A stretch of DNA of 64,000 nt from Citrobacter sp. Cu233 (GTDB lineage: Bacteria > Pseudomonadota > Gammaproteobacteria > Enterobacterales > Enterobacteriaceae): positions 1-64,000 of the forward strand of contig NZ_JAOWIF010000021.1 of assembly GCF_030332225.1 (NCBI RefSeq), read 5' to 3'. The first letter of the stretch is position 1; each line of letters starts with the position of its first letter. The notes under the pieces are model-generated. The model was given only the letters and a program-made list of their open reading frames with translations, had not been told where the DNA came from and ran no database searches. Position numbers and translations under genes: made by a program. Shown here in pieces: positions 23,855 through 33,753 of the stretch.

Positions 23855-24799
23855 TTATTCGTTTTCTTCCGCCGTCTGATGCGGTTTCTCTTCAATCGGC
23901 TTACCGGACCAGTAACCCGCCAGCAGCGAGCCGGAAAGGTTATGCCAGACGGAGAACAGCGCGCCGGGCAGGGCGGCGAGCGGACCGAAGTAGATTTTGC
24001 CCAGTGCAGCGGCAAGCCCTGAATTCTGCATACCGACTTCAATCGCCAGTGTGCGGCAGGTGGATTCATCAAAGCCGAAGAGTTTTCCGCCCCAGTAGCC
24101 GCCGAGCAAACCAATGGTGTTATGCAGAATAACGGCGATAATCACCACAAAGCCGACTGACGCAATGTGCGAGGCGGAACCCGCCACGACGGCGCTGATG
24201 ATCGCCAGGATGCACACCATAGAAAACGCGGGCAGATACGGCTCCACGGCTTTTACGACGCGCGGGAACAGATGGTGAATGACCAGGCCTAAAGCAATCG
24301 GAATAACCACGATCTGCAGAATACTCAGCAGCATACCCATAACATCCACCTGAATATGCGCATCGACGTAAAGACGGGTGAGCAGTGGCGTGGCGACGAC
24401 ACCGACCAGCGTTGAAACCGATGAAATCGTCACGGAGAGCGCCACATCACCCTTCGCCAGATAGATCATTACGTTTGATGCCGTTCCGCTGGCTACGCTA
24501 CCGACCAGCACCATACCTGCGGACAATTCCGGCGGCATATTAAAAGCCAGCGCCAAAATCCATGCGGCGAGCGGCATCACCAGATAGTGCAGGAAAATAC
24601 CTGCAGCAACCGGTGCAGGGCGTGAGAGTACGCGTTTAAAGTCATCTACCTTCAGGTGAACACCCATGCCGAACATAATCAGCATCAGTAATGACGGCAC
24701 GAATGGCCCGACTGGCGTAAAGGTGGGGGGCGTGTAATACGCAATAACAGAGAGCAGCAGCGCCCATAACGGGAACAGCCGCGTGAGAGTAGCGAGCAT
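23855..24799 (-). CDS. Bile acid:sodium symporter (BASS/SBF) family transporter
   Basis: 314-aa polytopic protein with BASS-like topology and motifs ([17 protein letters not shown]...; [11 protein letters not shown]). Confidence 0.7.
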   Translation of the reverse strand: MLATLTRLFPLWALLLSVIAYYTPPTFTPVGPFVPSLLMLIMFGMGVHLKVDDFKRVLSRPAPVAAGIFLHYLVMPLAAWILALAFNMPPELSAGMVLVGSVASGTASNVMIYLAKGDVALSVTISSVSTLVGVVATPLLTRLYVDAHIQVDVMGMLLSILQIVVIPIALGLVIHHLFPRVVKAVEPYLPAFSMVCILAIISAVVAGSASHIASVGFVVIIAVILHNTIGLLGGYWGGKLFGFDESTCRTLAIEVGMQNSGLAAALGKIYFGPLAALPGALFSVWHNLSGSLLAGYWSGKPIEEKPHQTAEENE

Positions 24800-24835
24800 G
24801 TTGTATTCCTTGCGATTGAAATGTGTTGTGTTGTT

Positions 24836-24862
24836 ATAAAAAAGCCGGGATCGAGCCCGGCC
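24836..24862 (-). terminator. Hairpin plus U-run downstream of the rtcR-like gene (minus strand)
   Basis: On the minus strand: GCCGGGCTCGATCCCGGC followed by TTTTTTATAA. Confidence 0.45.
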
Positions 24863-24910
24863 ATAGTTATTGTTTATCGCGTGATGGAATATTATTCAAA
24901 CAAATTATGT

Positions 24911-26491
24911 TCATGTTCCGCAGCGAACGCTTTCCCAGCTCAGTCCAAAACGGGCGAGATATTTTCGCAGGCGATCGGCATCGTTAGGATTGGCTTTTTT
25001 CTGCCGCGAAACGGCAAACAGTTCGCGTCCGGCTTCCGACAGCGACGCACAGCGGCGGCACACTTCCAGCACCGTTTCTAACTGGCGGCGATCGAACAGG
25101 TCAATGTCCATGTTCAGTTCAGGTTGCGAAGCGGCGATCTGCCAGCTCTCCTTTAACAGCGCAATCTCTTCTTCGACAAGGGATAAGGTGATGCGACCTT
25201 GTTCGGCAAGTGTCGCCATGCGCGCGATGGATGAGCTTAGCTCGCGAAAATTGCCGCGCCATTGCGCCTGTGGGGAGCAGGCAAATGCCAGATAGCAAAC
25301 ACGTGCCTCTTTATCGAAACGGATCTGCGTCTGTTTATTGCTGGAAAAACGTTGCAGTTCATACTCGACGTTCGGGGCGATATCTTCCCGCCGCTGCGCC
25401 AGACCGGGTAGGGCGAAGCTCCACATATTGATACGCGCGTAGAGATCCTCGCGAAAACGGCCCTCAGCGACCCACTGTGACATGTTGCGATGGGTTCCGG
25501 CAATCAGCTGAAAATCGCTGTGTACTTCTTTGTCCGACCCAAACGGGAAAAAGGTTTTTTCTTCAATCGCTTTTAGCAGCATGGCCTGCTCATCCAGCCC
25601 CAACTCGGCAATCTCATCGAGAAACAGCACGCCGCCATCCGCTTCTCGCAGCAATCCGCTACGTGCCGTGAGTGCGCCAGTAAACGCCCCCTTCACATGA
25701 CCAAATAACGTGGACATCGCATTATCGCCGCGTAGGGTCGCGCAGTTGACTGCGACCAGTTTTCCCGCCATCAGATGCCGCGACTGGCGCAGCTGAAAAA
25801 TACGTTTCGCGAGGAAGGATTTGCCCGCGCCGGTAGGGCCGGTCAGCAGGATCGGGTCGGTCGAACGCAGAGCCACCCGCTCAATGCGATCGATCAGTTT
25901 ATTGAACGTGGCGTTGCGCGTATCAATCCCGGCTTTCAAAAAAGAGACCGACTGCTGCTGCTCGCGCTGAAAGCGACTGGTGAGCGTGGCATAGCGACTT
26001 AAATCGAGGTCGATAACCGAGCAGACGCCAGCAGCGACGGCTTCATCAGTAGAACCTTTTGGCGCCGGGCTGGTTTGCAGCAGGCTGGCGGGCAGGTAGC
26101 GCGCTTCCGTCAGCAAAAACCAGCAGATCTGCGCCACGTGAGTGCCGGTGGTGATGTGCACCAGATACTCTTCGTTTTCCGTATCAAATTCATAATTCGT
26201 GGCAAAGTCGAGAAACGCGGCGTAGACCTCTTCAAAATCCCACGGATCGTTAATGGTTACGGTATGCGGGCGGACTTCGGTGTGAGGCGAAAGCAGCACA
26301 ACGTCTTCAATCAATCTTTGCACCATGCTCTCATCGCGTGGCTGGTGGAGGAGTTCCAGCCTGTCGACAGGGAAATCAGGCTGTTGGCATAGCCCAACTG
26401 TGGGGCGCCACTTCTTAAACCGATTGGCTCGCTTGCCGCGTTTATCCAGCACCGTTCCCAGTACGCCAATCACTACCCGTCGCTTCTTCAT
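24911..26491 (-). CDS. RtcR-like sigma-54-dependent transcriptional activator (N-terminal CARF-like domain + AAA+ GAFTGA domain + C-terminal HTH)
   Basis: 526 aa; N-terminus MKKRRVVIGVLGTVLDKRGKRANRFKKWRPTVGLCQQ resembles RtcR CARF; Walker A GPTGAGKS, GAFTGA, Walker B FLDEI; second paralog besides the canonical rtcR locus. Confidence 0.8.
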   Translation of the reverse strand: MKKRRVVIGVLGTVLDKRGKRANRFKKWRPTVGLCQQPDFPVDRLELLHQPRDESMVQRLIEDVVLLSPHTEVRPHTVTINDPWDFEEVYAAFLDFATNYEFDTENEEYLVHITTGTHVAQICWFLLTEARYLPASLLQTSPAPKGSTDEAVAAGVCSVIDLDLSRYATLTSRFQREQQQSVSFLKAGIDTRNATFNKLIDRIERVALRSTDPILLTGPTGAGKSFLAKRIFQLRQSRHLMAGKLVAVNCATLRGDNAMSTLFGHVKGAFTGALTARSGLLREADGGVLFLDEIAELGLDEQAMLLKAIEEKTFFPFGSDKEVHSDFQLIAGTHRNMSQWVAEGRFREDLYARINMWSFALPGLAQRREDIAPNVEYELQRFSSNKQTQIRFDKEARVCYLAFACSPQAQWRGNFRELSSSIARMATLAEQGRITLSLVEEEIALLKESWQIAASQPELNMDIDLFDRRQLETVLEVCRRCASLSEAGRELFAVSRQKKANPNDADRLRKYLARFGLSWESVRCGT

Positions 26492-26626
26492 GGTTTATCC
26501 AAAAAGATAAATAAGAGAATAAAAGATAAAAAATTTAACCCATCAAGACAATCGTCATTATTGGTGGAGGTAATTTAAATAATAAAAATCAATTAATTAA
26601 AAATTAATTATGCCAATGTTAATTCC

Positions 26627-26642
26627 TGGCACGCTTCTGGCA
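26627..26642 (+). promoter_or_regulatory. Sigma-54 (-24/-12) promoter TGGCACGCTTCTGGCA driving the SPFH/NTase operon
   Basis: Matches TGGCAC-N5-TTGCA at GG/GC with correct 12-nt spacing; lies between the divergent rtcR-like gene and the operon; preceded by an AT-rich stretch at 26500–26620. Confidence 0.55.
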
Positions 26643-26939
26643 ATAACACTTTAGTCAATCACGCTGAAAGCGCAGGGGGTTAAACCCCGCCGGCACGTCA
26701 GGAACTGCACAGGCTGTTTTCCGGGAGTGTTCCGTCAGCCGATGACCACCCAACGGGTTCGATTCCCGATTCATTCTCCCAATGAAACTGGTTGTTAATC
26801 ATAGAAATAAAACGGAGCAATGCGCAGTTAGCACGCTCCAGAACAGGCTGCCGGTAAAGATGCCGTGCGACAGGCAAAAGGGAATTCCCCTGCCGCTTCG
26901 CCCCTGCACCCGCGCCTGGCTCACAATAAGGAATAATAA

Positions 26940-28067
26940 ATGATGAAGAAAATCACTATACAAAAAGCGCAGTTAGGTCTTTTATCCCGCGAGGGCGATT
27001 ACTATCAGGCACTGGAAGCGGGTCAGCACCGTTTACCGTGGTTTAACACCCCGGAAGTGCTGATCGTTAATAGGGATGGCAGCGAAGTACCGGAAGCGTT
27101 AGCGGAGTATTTGCGCCGCTTTCAGCCCTCCTGGGTGGAACGTTACTGCCTGGTCGCGGATACGACGGACACCGAAGCCGGGGCGCTGTATGTCAATGGC
27201 GTTTTGCAGGAGATCCTGCCACCGGCAACGCGCCGTCTGTACTGGCAGGCCGATGAGGCACTGAACCTGGTGCGCATGGATACGCGTCAGGTTCAGGTAC
27301 CACCGGACGTTATGAATGCAGTATTACAGCCACGCCGCAGCGGTACAGTAAAAGGCCGTGACGCGATCTTAACGGTGCAGGTTCCGGCGTGGCACGTCGG
27401 CGTGTTGAAAATCGATGGCGAAACCCAGGCGCTGTTGCCGCCAGGATTAACAGCTTACTGGAAGGTAAACCATCTGATTGAAGCGGAAGTCGTTGATACC
27501 CGTTTACAAGTTCTGGAGGTCGGCGGCCAGGAGATCCTGACCAAAGATAAGGTCAACCTGCGTTTAAACCTGGCGGCGAACTGGCGTTACAGCGATGTGT
27601 TGCTGGCTTTTGGCCAACTGACTAAACCGCTGGAGCACCTTTACCGCGAGTTGCAGTTTGCGCTGCGTGAGGCTGTCGGTACTCGAACGCTGGACGAGCT
27701 GCTGGAAGATAAGCAGGTGATTGACGATGTGGTGAGCACGCAGGTGAAAACCCGCATGACGCCGTTTGGTATCGAGGTGGATTCGCTGGGCGTGAAAGAT
27801 ATCGTCCTGCCGGGCGATATGAAAGCCATTTTGTCGCAACTGGTTGAAGCGGAAAAATCCGCCCAGGCCAACGTCATTCGTCGACGCGAAGAAACCGCCG
27901 CGACGCGATCGCTGTTGAATACCGCAAAAGTGATGGAAAACAACCCGGTGGCGCTGCGTTTAAAAGAGCTGGAAACCCTCGAAAGAGTGGCGGAGCGTAT
28001 CGATAAAATCTCGGTATTCGGTGGCCTTGACCAGGTGCTGCACGGTCTGGTGAATATAAAAGGATAA
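26940..28067 (+). CDS. SPFH/band-7 (slipin-like) domain protein, apparently lacking a TM anchor
   Basis: 375 aa; SPFH core about residues 190–330 (ILTKDKVNLRLNL...; coiled C-terminus); AAGGA SD; no hydrophobic helix evident. Confidence 0.75.
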   Translation: MMKKITIQKAQLGLLSREGDYYQALEAGQHRLPWFNTPEVLIVNRDGSEVPEALAEYLRRFQPSWVERYCLVADTTDTEAGALYVNGVLQEILPPATRRLYWQADEALNLVRMDTRQVQVPPDVMNAVLQPRRSGTVKGRDAILTVQVPAWHVGVLKIDGETQALLPPGLTAYWKVNHLIEAEVVDTRLQVLEVGGQEILTKDKVNLRLNLAANWRYSDVLLAFGQLTKPLEHLYRELQFALREAVGTRTLDELLEDKQVIDDVVSTQVKTRMTPFGIEVDSLGVKDIVLPGDMKAILSQLVEAEKSAQANVIRRREETAATRSLLNTAKVMENNPVALRLKELETLERVAERIDKISVFGGLDQVLHGLVNIKG

Positions 28068-28072
28068 GTGAA

Positions 28073-28858
28073 ATGAGCGACAACGGAGTGAATGCCGCGA
28101 TGCGCGAACGGGTGTTTCGCCAGCTAAAAGAAGTGGAGCGGCGCTATAACGTCAAAGTGCTATACGCCTGCGAATCCGGCAGCCGTGGCTGGGGATTTGC
28201 CTCGCCGGACAGCGATTACGACGTGCGATTTCTCTATGTTCATCCCCCCGAATGGTATCTGCGGGTCGAAGCGCCACGAGATGTTATCGAACTGCCGATA
28301 GATGATGAGCTGGACGTGTGCGGCTGGGAATGGCGCAAGGCGCTGGGGTTGCTCAAAGACGCAAACCCGACGCTTATCGAGTGGCTGGATTCGCCGGTGA
28401 TCTATCTGCAGGACGAAGTGGCGGTGTCGGCGTTGAAAACGTTGGTGCCTAAATGGTTTTCCCCGCTACGTGCCCGCTGGCACTACTATTCGATGGCGCG
28501 GAAAAACTTTCGCGGTTATCTGCAGGGTGACGACGTGCGATTGAAGAAGTACTTCTACGTTCTGCGACCACTGTTGGCGGTGCGTTGGGTGGAAGCAGGG
28601 AAGGGTGTGCCGCCGATGCGTTTTGCCGATCTGCTGGTGGGAAGTGAACTGGATGCGCCATTGTGTCAGGAAATCGACGAATTGTTGGCACGCAAACAGC
28701 GGTCAGGTGAGGCTGAGTATGGTCCGCGTCGTCCATTGCTACATGCGTTTATCCGCGCCGAACTGGAGAGAGGAGAAATCCCACCGACGTTACCGGACAG
28801 CCGGGAAGGGGATGCCAGGGAACTGGACAGACTGTTATATGACACGGTGATGCGGTGA
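28073..28858 (+). CDS. Pol-beta superfamily nucleotidyltransferase domain protein
   Basis: 261 aa; GSRGWGFASPDSDYDV (GS-x9-D-x-D NTase motif); starts 5 nt after the SPFH stop, so translationally coupled. Confidence 0.7.
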   Translation: MSDNGVNAAMRERVFRQLKEVERRYNVKVLYACESGSRGWGFASPDSDYDVRFLYVHPPEWYLRVEAPRDVIELPIDDELDVCGWEWRKALGLLKDANPTLIEWLDSPVIYLQDEVAVSALKTLVPKWFSPLRARWHYYSMARKNFRGYLQGDDVRLKKYFYVLRPLLAVRWVEAGKGVPPMRFADLLVGSELDAPLCQEIDELLARKQRSGEAEYGPRRPLLHAFIRAELERGEIPPTLPDSREGDARELDRLLYDTVMR

Positions 28859-28863
28859 AAATA

Positions 28864-28888
28864 CCCGATGGCGTAAGAACCATCGGGC
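28864..28888. terminator. Hairpin between the NTase gene and convergent lysC
   Basis: CCCGATGG-cgtaagaa-CCATCGGG; the U-run is on the minus-strand (lysC) side (TATTTTCACC). Confidence 0.45.
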
Positions 28889-28900
28889 GTTGACTTCTAC

Positions 28901-30250
28901 TTATTCAAACAAATTGTGGTGCAGCTTCTGGACGACCAACTCGGCTTCGGCGCCCGGGACCAGGAAGCACAGGTTATGGCTGGATGCGCCGTAGCAAATC
29001 ATGCGAATGTTAAATGGCTCCAGTACACCGAACACCTCTTTGCCTACGCCACAGGCTTTTGACAGGTCATTACCAATCAGCGCGACCAGCGCCAGACCTT
29101 CTTCAACTTCAACCCGACACAGTGCAGACAGTTCCATCAGCAGAGACTGTGTTAACAGCGTATCGCCGGTGGAGGTGGAGCCTGTGGTGTCCAGCGTCAG
29201 CGCCACGCTGACTTCGGATGTGGTGATCAAATCTACCGAGATATTGTGGCGTGCCAGGATACCGAACACTTCCGCTAAAAATCCGCGAGAGTGCAGCATA
29301 TTCAGGCTATGCAGCGTCAACAGTGTTTGTTTGCGGCGCAGGGCCAGCGCCCGGAACAGCGGTGGATTCGCGGTTTTATTGCACACCAGCGTGCCGCCTG
29401 CTTTGGGATCTTTGCTGGAGCCAACAAATACCGGAATATCGCTACGTACGGCAGGTAACAGGGTTGCCGGGTGCAGGACTTTCGCACCGAAGGTGGCCAT
29501 TTCCGCGGCCTCTTCGAAGGCAATCTCATCGATACGCTGCGCTGCGGGAACAACGCGTGGATCGGTCGTGTAAATGCCGGGAACATCGGTCCAGATATCG
29601 ACGCGCGTTGCGTGCAGCGCTTCGGCCAGCAGGGCTGCTGTATAATCGCTGCCGCCGCGTCCCAGTGTGGTGGTGCGGCCTTTGCTTTCGCTACCGATAA
29701 AGCCCTGAGTAATGACCAGACCTTCGCTTAACCGCGGGGCAAGCTGGATGGCTGCCAGTTCGGCCAGCGCCGCTACATCTGGCTCAGCACGACCAAAGCG
29801 ATCGTTGGTGCGCATCACTTTGCGTACATCAAACCATTGGGCCTGAACGTTACGCTCGCGCAGGATCTCAACAAACAGCAGGGTAGACATCAGTTCACCG
29901 TGGCTGACCAGTTCATCCGTCAGCGCCGTGGAGGTAGCCAGTGAGGCCGCCTCGGCCAGCGTAGTGATGTTTTCCAGCAGACGCTCAATTTCTTCGCGGA
30001 TCACGTTCGGATAACGCAGGCGTTCCAGAATATTGAACTGAATTTGACGAATGGCGTCGAGTTTCTCGAAGCGCTCAGTCGGCTCCAGCCCTTCTGCCAG
30101 TGCAACCAGGAGATTGGTAATGCCTGCTGAAGCGGAAAGCACCACTAAGCGGACGTTAGTATCGGAAAGTACGACATCCGCGCTGCGATTCATGGCGTCA
30201 AAATCCGCCACGCTGGTACCACCAAACTTGGAGACAACTACATCAGTCAT
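28901..30250 (-). CDS. lysC: Lysine-sensitive aspartokinase III
   Basis: 449 aa MTDVVVSKFGGTSVADFDAMNRSA... Confidence 0.95.
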   Translation of the reverse strand: MTDVVVSKFGGTSVADFDAMNRSADVVLSDTNVRLVVLSASAGITNLLVALAEGLEPTERFEKLDAIRQIQFNILERLRYPNVIREEIERLLENITTLAEAASLATSTALTDELVSHGELMSTLLFVEILRERNVQAQWFDVRKVMRTNDRFGRAEPDVAALAELAAIQLAPRLSEGLVITQGFIGSESKGRTTTLGRGGSDYTAALLAEALHATRVDIWTDVPGIYTTDPRVVPAAQRIDEIAFEEAAEMATFGAKVLHPATLLPAVRSDIPVFVGSSKDPKAGGTLVCNKTANPPLFRALALRRKQTLLTLHSLNMLHSRGFLAEVFGILARHNISVDLITTSEVSVALTLDTTGSTSTGDTLLTQSLLMELSALCRVEVEEGLALVALIGNDLSKACGVGKEVFGVLEPFNIRMICYGASSHNLCFLVPGAEAELVVQKLHHNLFE

Positions 30251-30261
30251 AACTACCTCGT

Positions 30262-30520
30262 GTCAGGGAATAAATAGAGCGACCATGGCACATAAGGCAG
30301 AACAGAAACCGGTGCAGGCGCAAATGCAAATACCGTATTTATAAATAAAATGTGTAGCCTGTACTGTCAACGCTGGGATTATGCGGATTTTTCATGCTGC
30401 ATTAGCGCTGAGTAACAGTGCTTATAACAGCCCTACACGTCATCCTTCAAACTGCCTCTGTGTTGACTGCGCCTGCTCACCTCAGCCACATACTTCAGTA
30501 AACTTCTGGGGACGCACCGG
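30262..30520 (-). ncRNA. lysC 5' leader with lysine riboswitch (L-box), approximate bounds
   Basis: Established: E. coli lysC carries a roughly 300-nt leader with a lysine riboswitch; about 420-nt non-coding gap between lysC and pgi here; motifs not verified by eye. Confidence 0.5.
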
Positions 30521-30623
30521 CTTGTCGCCTTGACGCAGGTTGAAAGATTTTGTGTATATACTTTTTACCCGGGTTCGATGGACACAAGGGCAATGGCATT
30601 AAAACAATCACACTTTTCGGTGA

Positions 30624-32327
<1,704 letters not shown>

Positions 32328-32329
32328 TA

Positions 32330-32400
32330 GCGCTGCGCTTATCCGGCCTGCAGGTACATACCCTGTAGGCCGGATAAGGCGTTTCGCCGCCATCCGGCAA
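32330..32400. repeat. REP elements after pgi
   Basis: cttatccggcctgcagg...ctgtaggccggataaggcg...ccatccggca. Confidence 0.5.
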
Positions 32401-32413
32401 GCAAGAATGAAAT

Positions 32414-32445
32414 AAAAAAGCCGATATTAATATCGGCTTTTTTTA
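32414..32445 (+). terminator. Rho-independent terminator (pgi)
   Basis: AAAAAGCCGATA-ttaa-TATCGGCTTTTTTT. Confidence 0.6.
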
Positions 32446-32752
32446 TAAGATTACTCCGGGATATTTACGTTTTTTCTTCATCTTTTAATTGAGCTTAATC
32501 CTAAAATAATTTATTCAACGTTGCTCTATTTCTAATGTTTTCAGATTTACCGGATATTGTGTTTTTTATTATCATATTTTAATTAATTGATTTTAATTAT
32601 TTTTATTATTTGTTGTTAATCATTTTCTCTCTCGTTATCTAATTGTCCTAAATTCCCTCCCGACCTAATTTGCACACTTCGCTTGTGTATACTCGACCTC
32701 GCCCGAAATTCTTTTGGGTAAATCTCCATTCATGCAATGAAGGGAATTTGTG

Positions 32753-32995
32753 ATGAAAAAAGTTCTGTATGGCCTGTGGGCTATATCTGCGCTTACGGCG
32801 ACCTCTGTTTATGCCGCCCCCGTTCAGGTGGGGGAGGCCGCAGGGTCGGCAGCTGCGTCGGTTTCGGCAGGAAGTTCCTCCGCAACCAGCGTGAGCACCG
32901 TAAGTTCTGCGGTGGGTGTCGCCCTGGCGGCGACCGGTGGTGGCGATGGTTCTAATACCGGAACGACCACCACCACAACCACCAGTACCCAGTAA
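32753..32995 (+). CDS. yjbE: Secreted low-complexity Ser/Thr/Gly-rich protein YjbE
   Basis: Signal peptide [21 protein letters not shown], then S/A/G/T-rich; first gene of yjbEFGH; preceded by about 300 bp of very AT-rich DNA. Confidence 0.75.
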   Translation: MKKVLYGLWAISALTATSVYAAPVQVGEAAGSAAASVSAGSSSATSVSTVSSAVGVALAATGGGDGSNTGTTTTTTTSTQ

Positions 32996-33099
32996 TACCG
33001 GTACGTTTAACCATAACCACACTTCGGTGTGGTTATTTTGGATTGTCATACGCCTGTGGGATTTGTAGGCCGGGTAAACATAGCGTCACCCCGGCAATA

Positions 33100-33753
33100 A
33101 TGCGGAGAAGCGTCGTGAAGCGACCAGCGCTGATATTGGTTTGCCTGTTATTACAAGCGTGTTCAGCTACCACCGAAGGGCTGGGTCATTCGCTGTGGGA
33201 GAGTGTGTTTGAGTCACCCGGCGTTCTGATGACGGATGATGAAATCCAAAATATGCCTTACGCCAGCCAGTATATGCAGCTCAACGGCGGTCCCCAGCTG
33301 TTTGTCGTGCTCGCTTTTACCGAAAACGGGCAGCAGAAATGGGTGACTCAGGATCAGGCTATTCTCGTGACGCAGCATGGGCGACTGGTGAAAACGCAAC
33401 TCGGTGGCGACAACCTGATCGAGGTGAATAATCTGGCGGCTGATCCACTGATCAAGCCCAATCAGATAGTCGATGGCGTAACGTGGACTCGCACGATGGG
33501 CTGGACCGAGTATCAGCAGGTGCGCTACGCCATCGCTCGTTCCGTCTTCAAATGGGATGGCCCTGATAGCATCAGCGTGGGCAGCGAAGAGACCGCGGTT
33601 CGGGTGCTGGTCGAAGAAGTGACGACCGATCAGGCGCACTGGCATAACCGCTACTGGATCGACAGTGAAGGACAAATCCGTCAGTCAGAGCAGTATCTGG
33701 GCGCACATTTCTTCCTGGTGAAAACCACGCTGATTAAGGCGGCAAAACCATGA
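33100..33753 (+). CDS. yjbF: Lipoprotein YjbF (start uncertain)
   Basis: MRRSVVKRPALILVCLLLQACSA lipobox; ORF track extends to 33043. Confidence 0.7.
   Translation: MRRSVVKRPALILVCLLLQACSATTEGLGHSLWESVFESPGVLMTDDEIQNMPYASQYMQLNGGPQLFVVLAFTENGQQKWVTQDQAILVTQHGRLVKTQLGGDNLIEVNNLAADPLIKPNQIVDGVTWTRTMGWTEYQQVRYAIARSVFKWDGPDSISVGSEETAVRVLVEEVTTDQAHWHNRYWIDSEGQIRQSEQYLGAHFFLVKTTLIKAAKP

Noticed and set aside
28864-28888. Hairpin after the NTase gene as a plus-strand intrinsic terminator
   Set aside because: The U-run is only on the minus (lysC) side; on the plus strand the stem is followed by CGTTGACTTC, so termination of the SPFH/NTase operon here is uncertain.
32753-32995. Ser/Thr/Gly-rich stretch in yjbE considered as a tandem DNA repeat
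   Set aside because: Codon usage varies across the stretch (no exact nucleotide periodicity); it is a low-complexity protein region, not a DNA repeat element.
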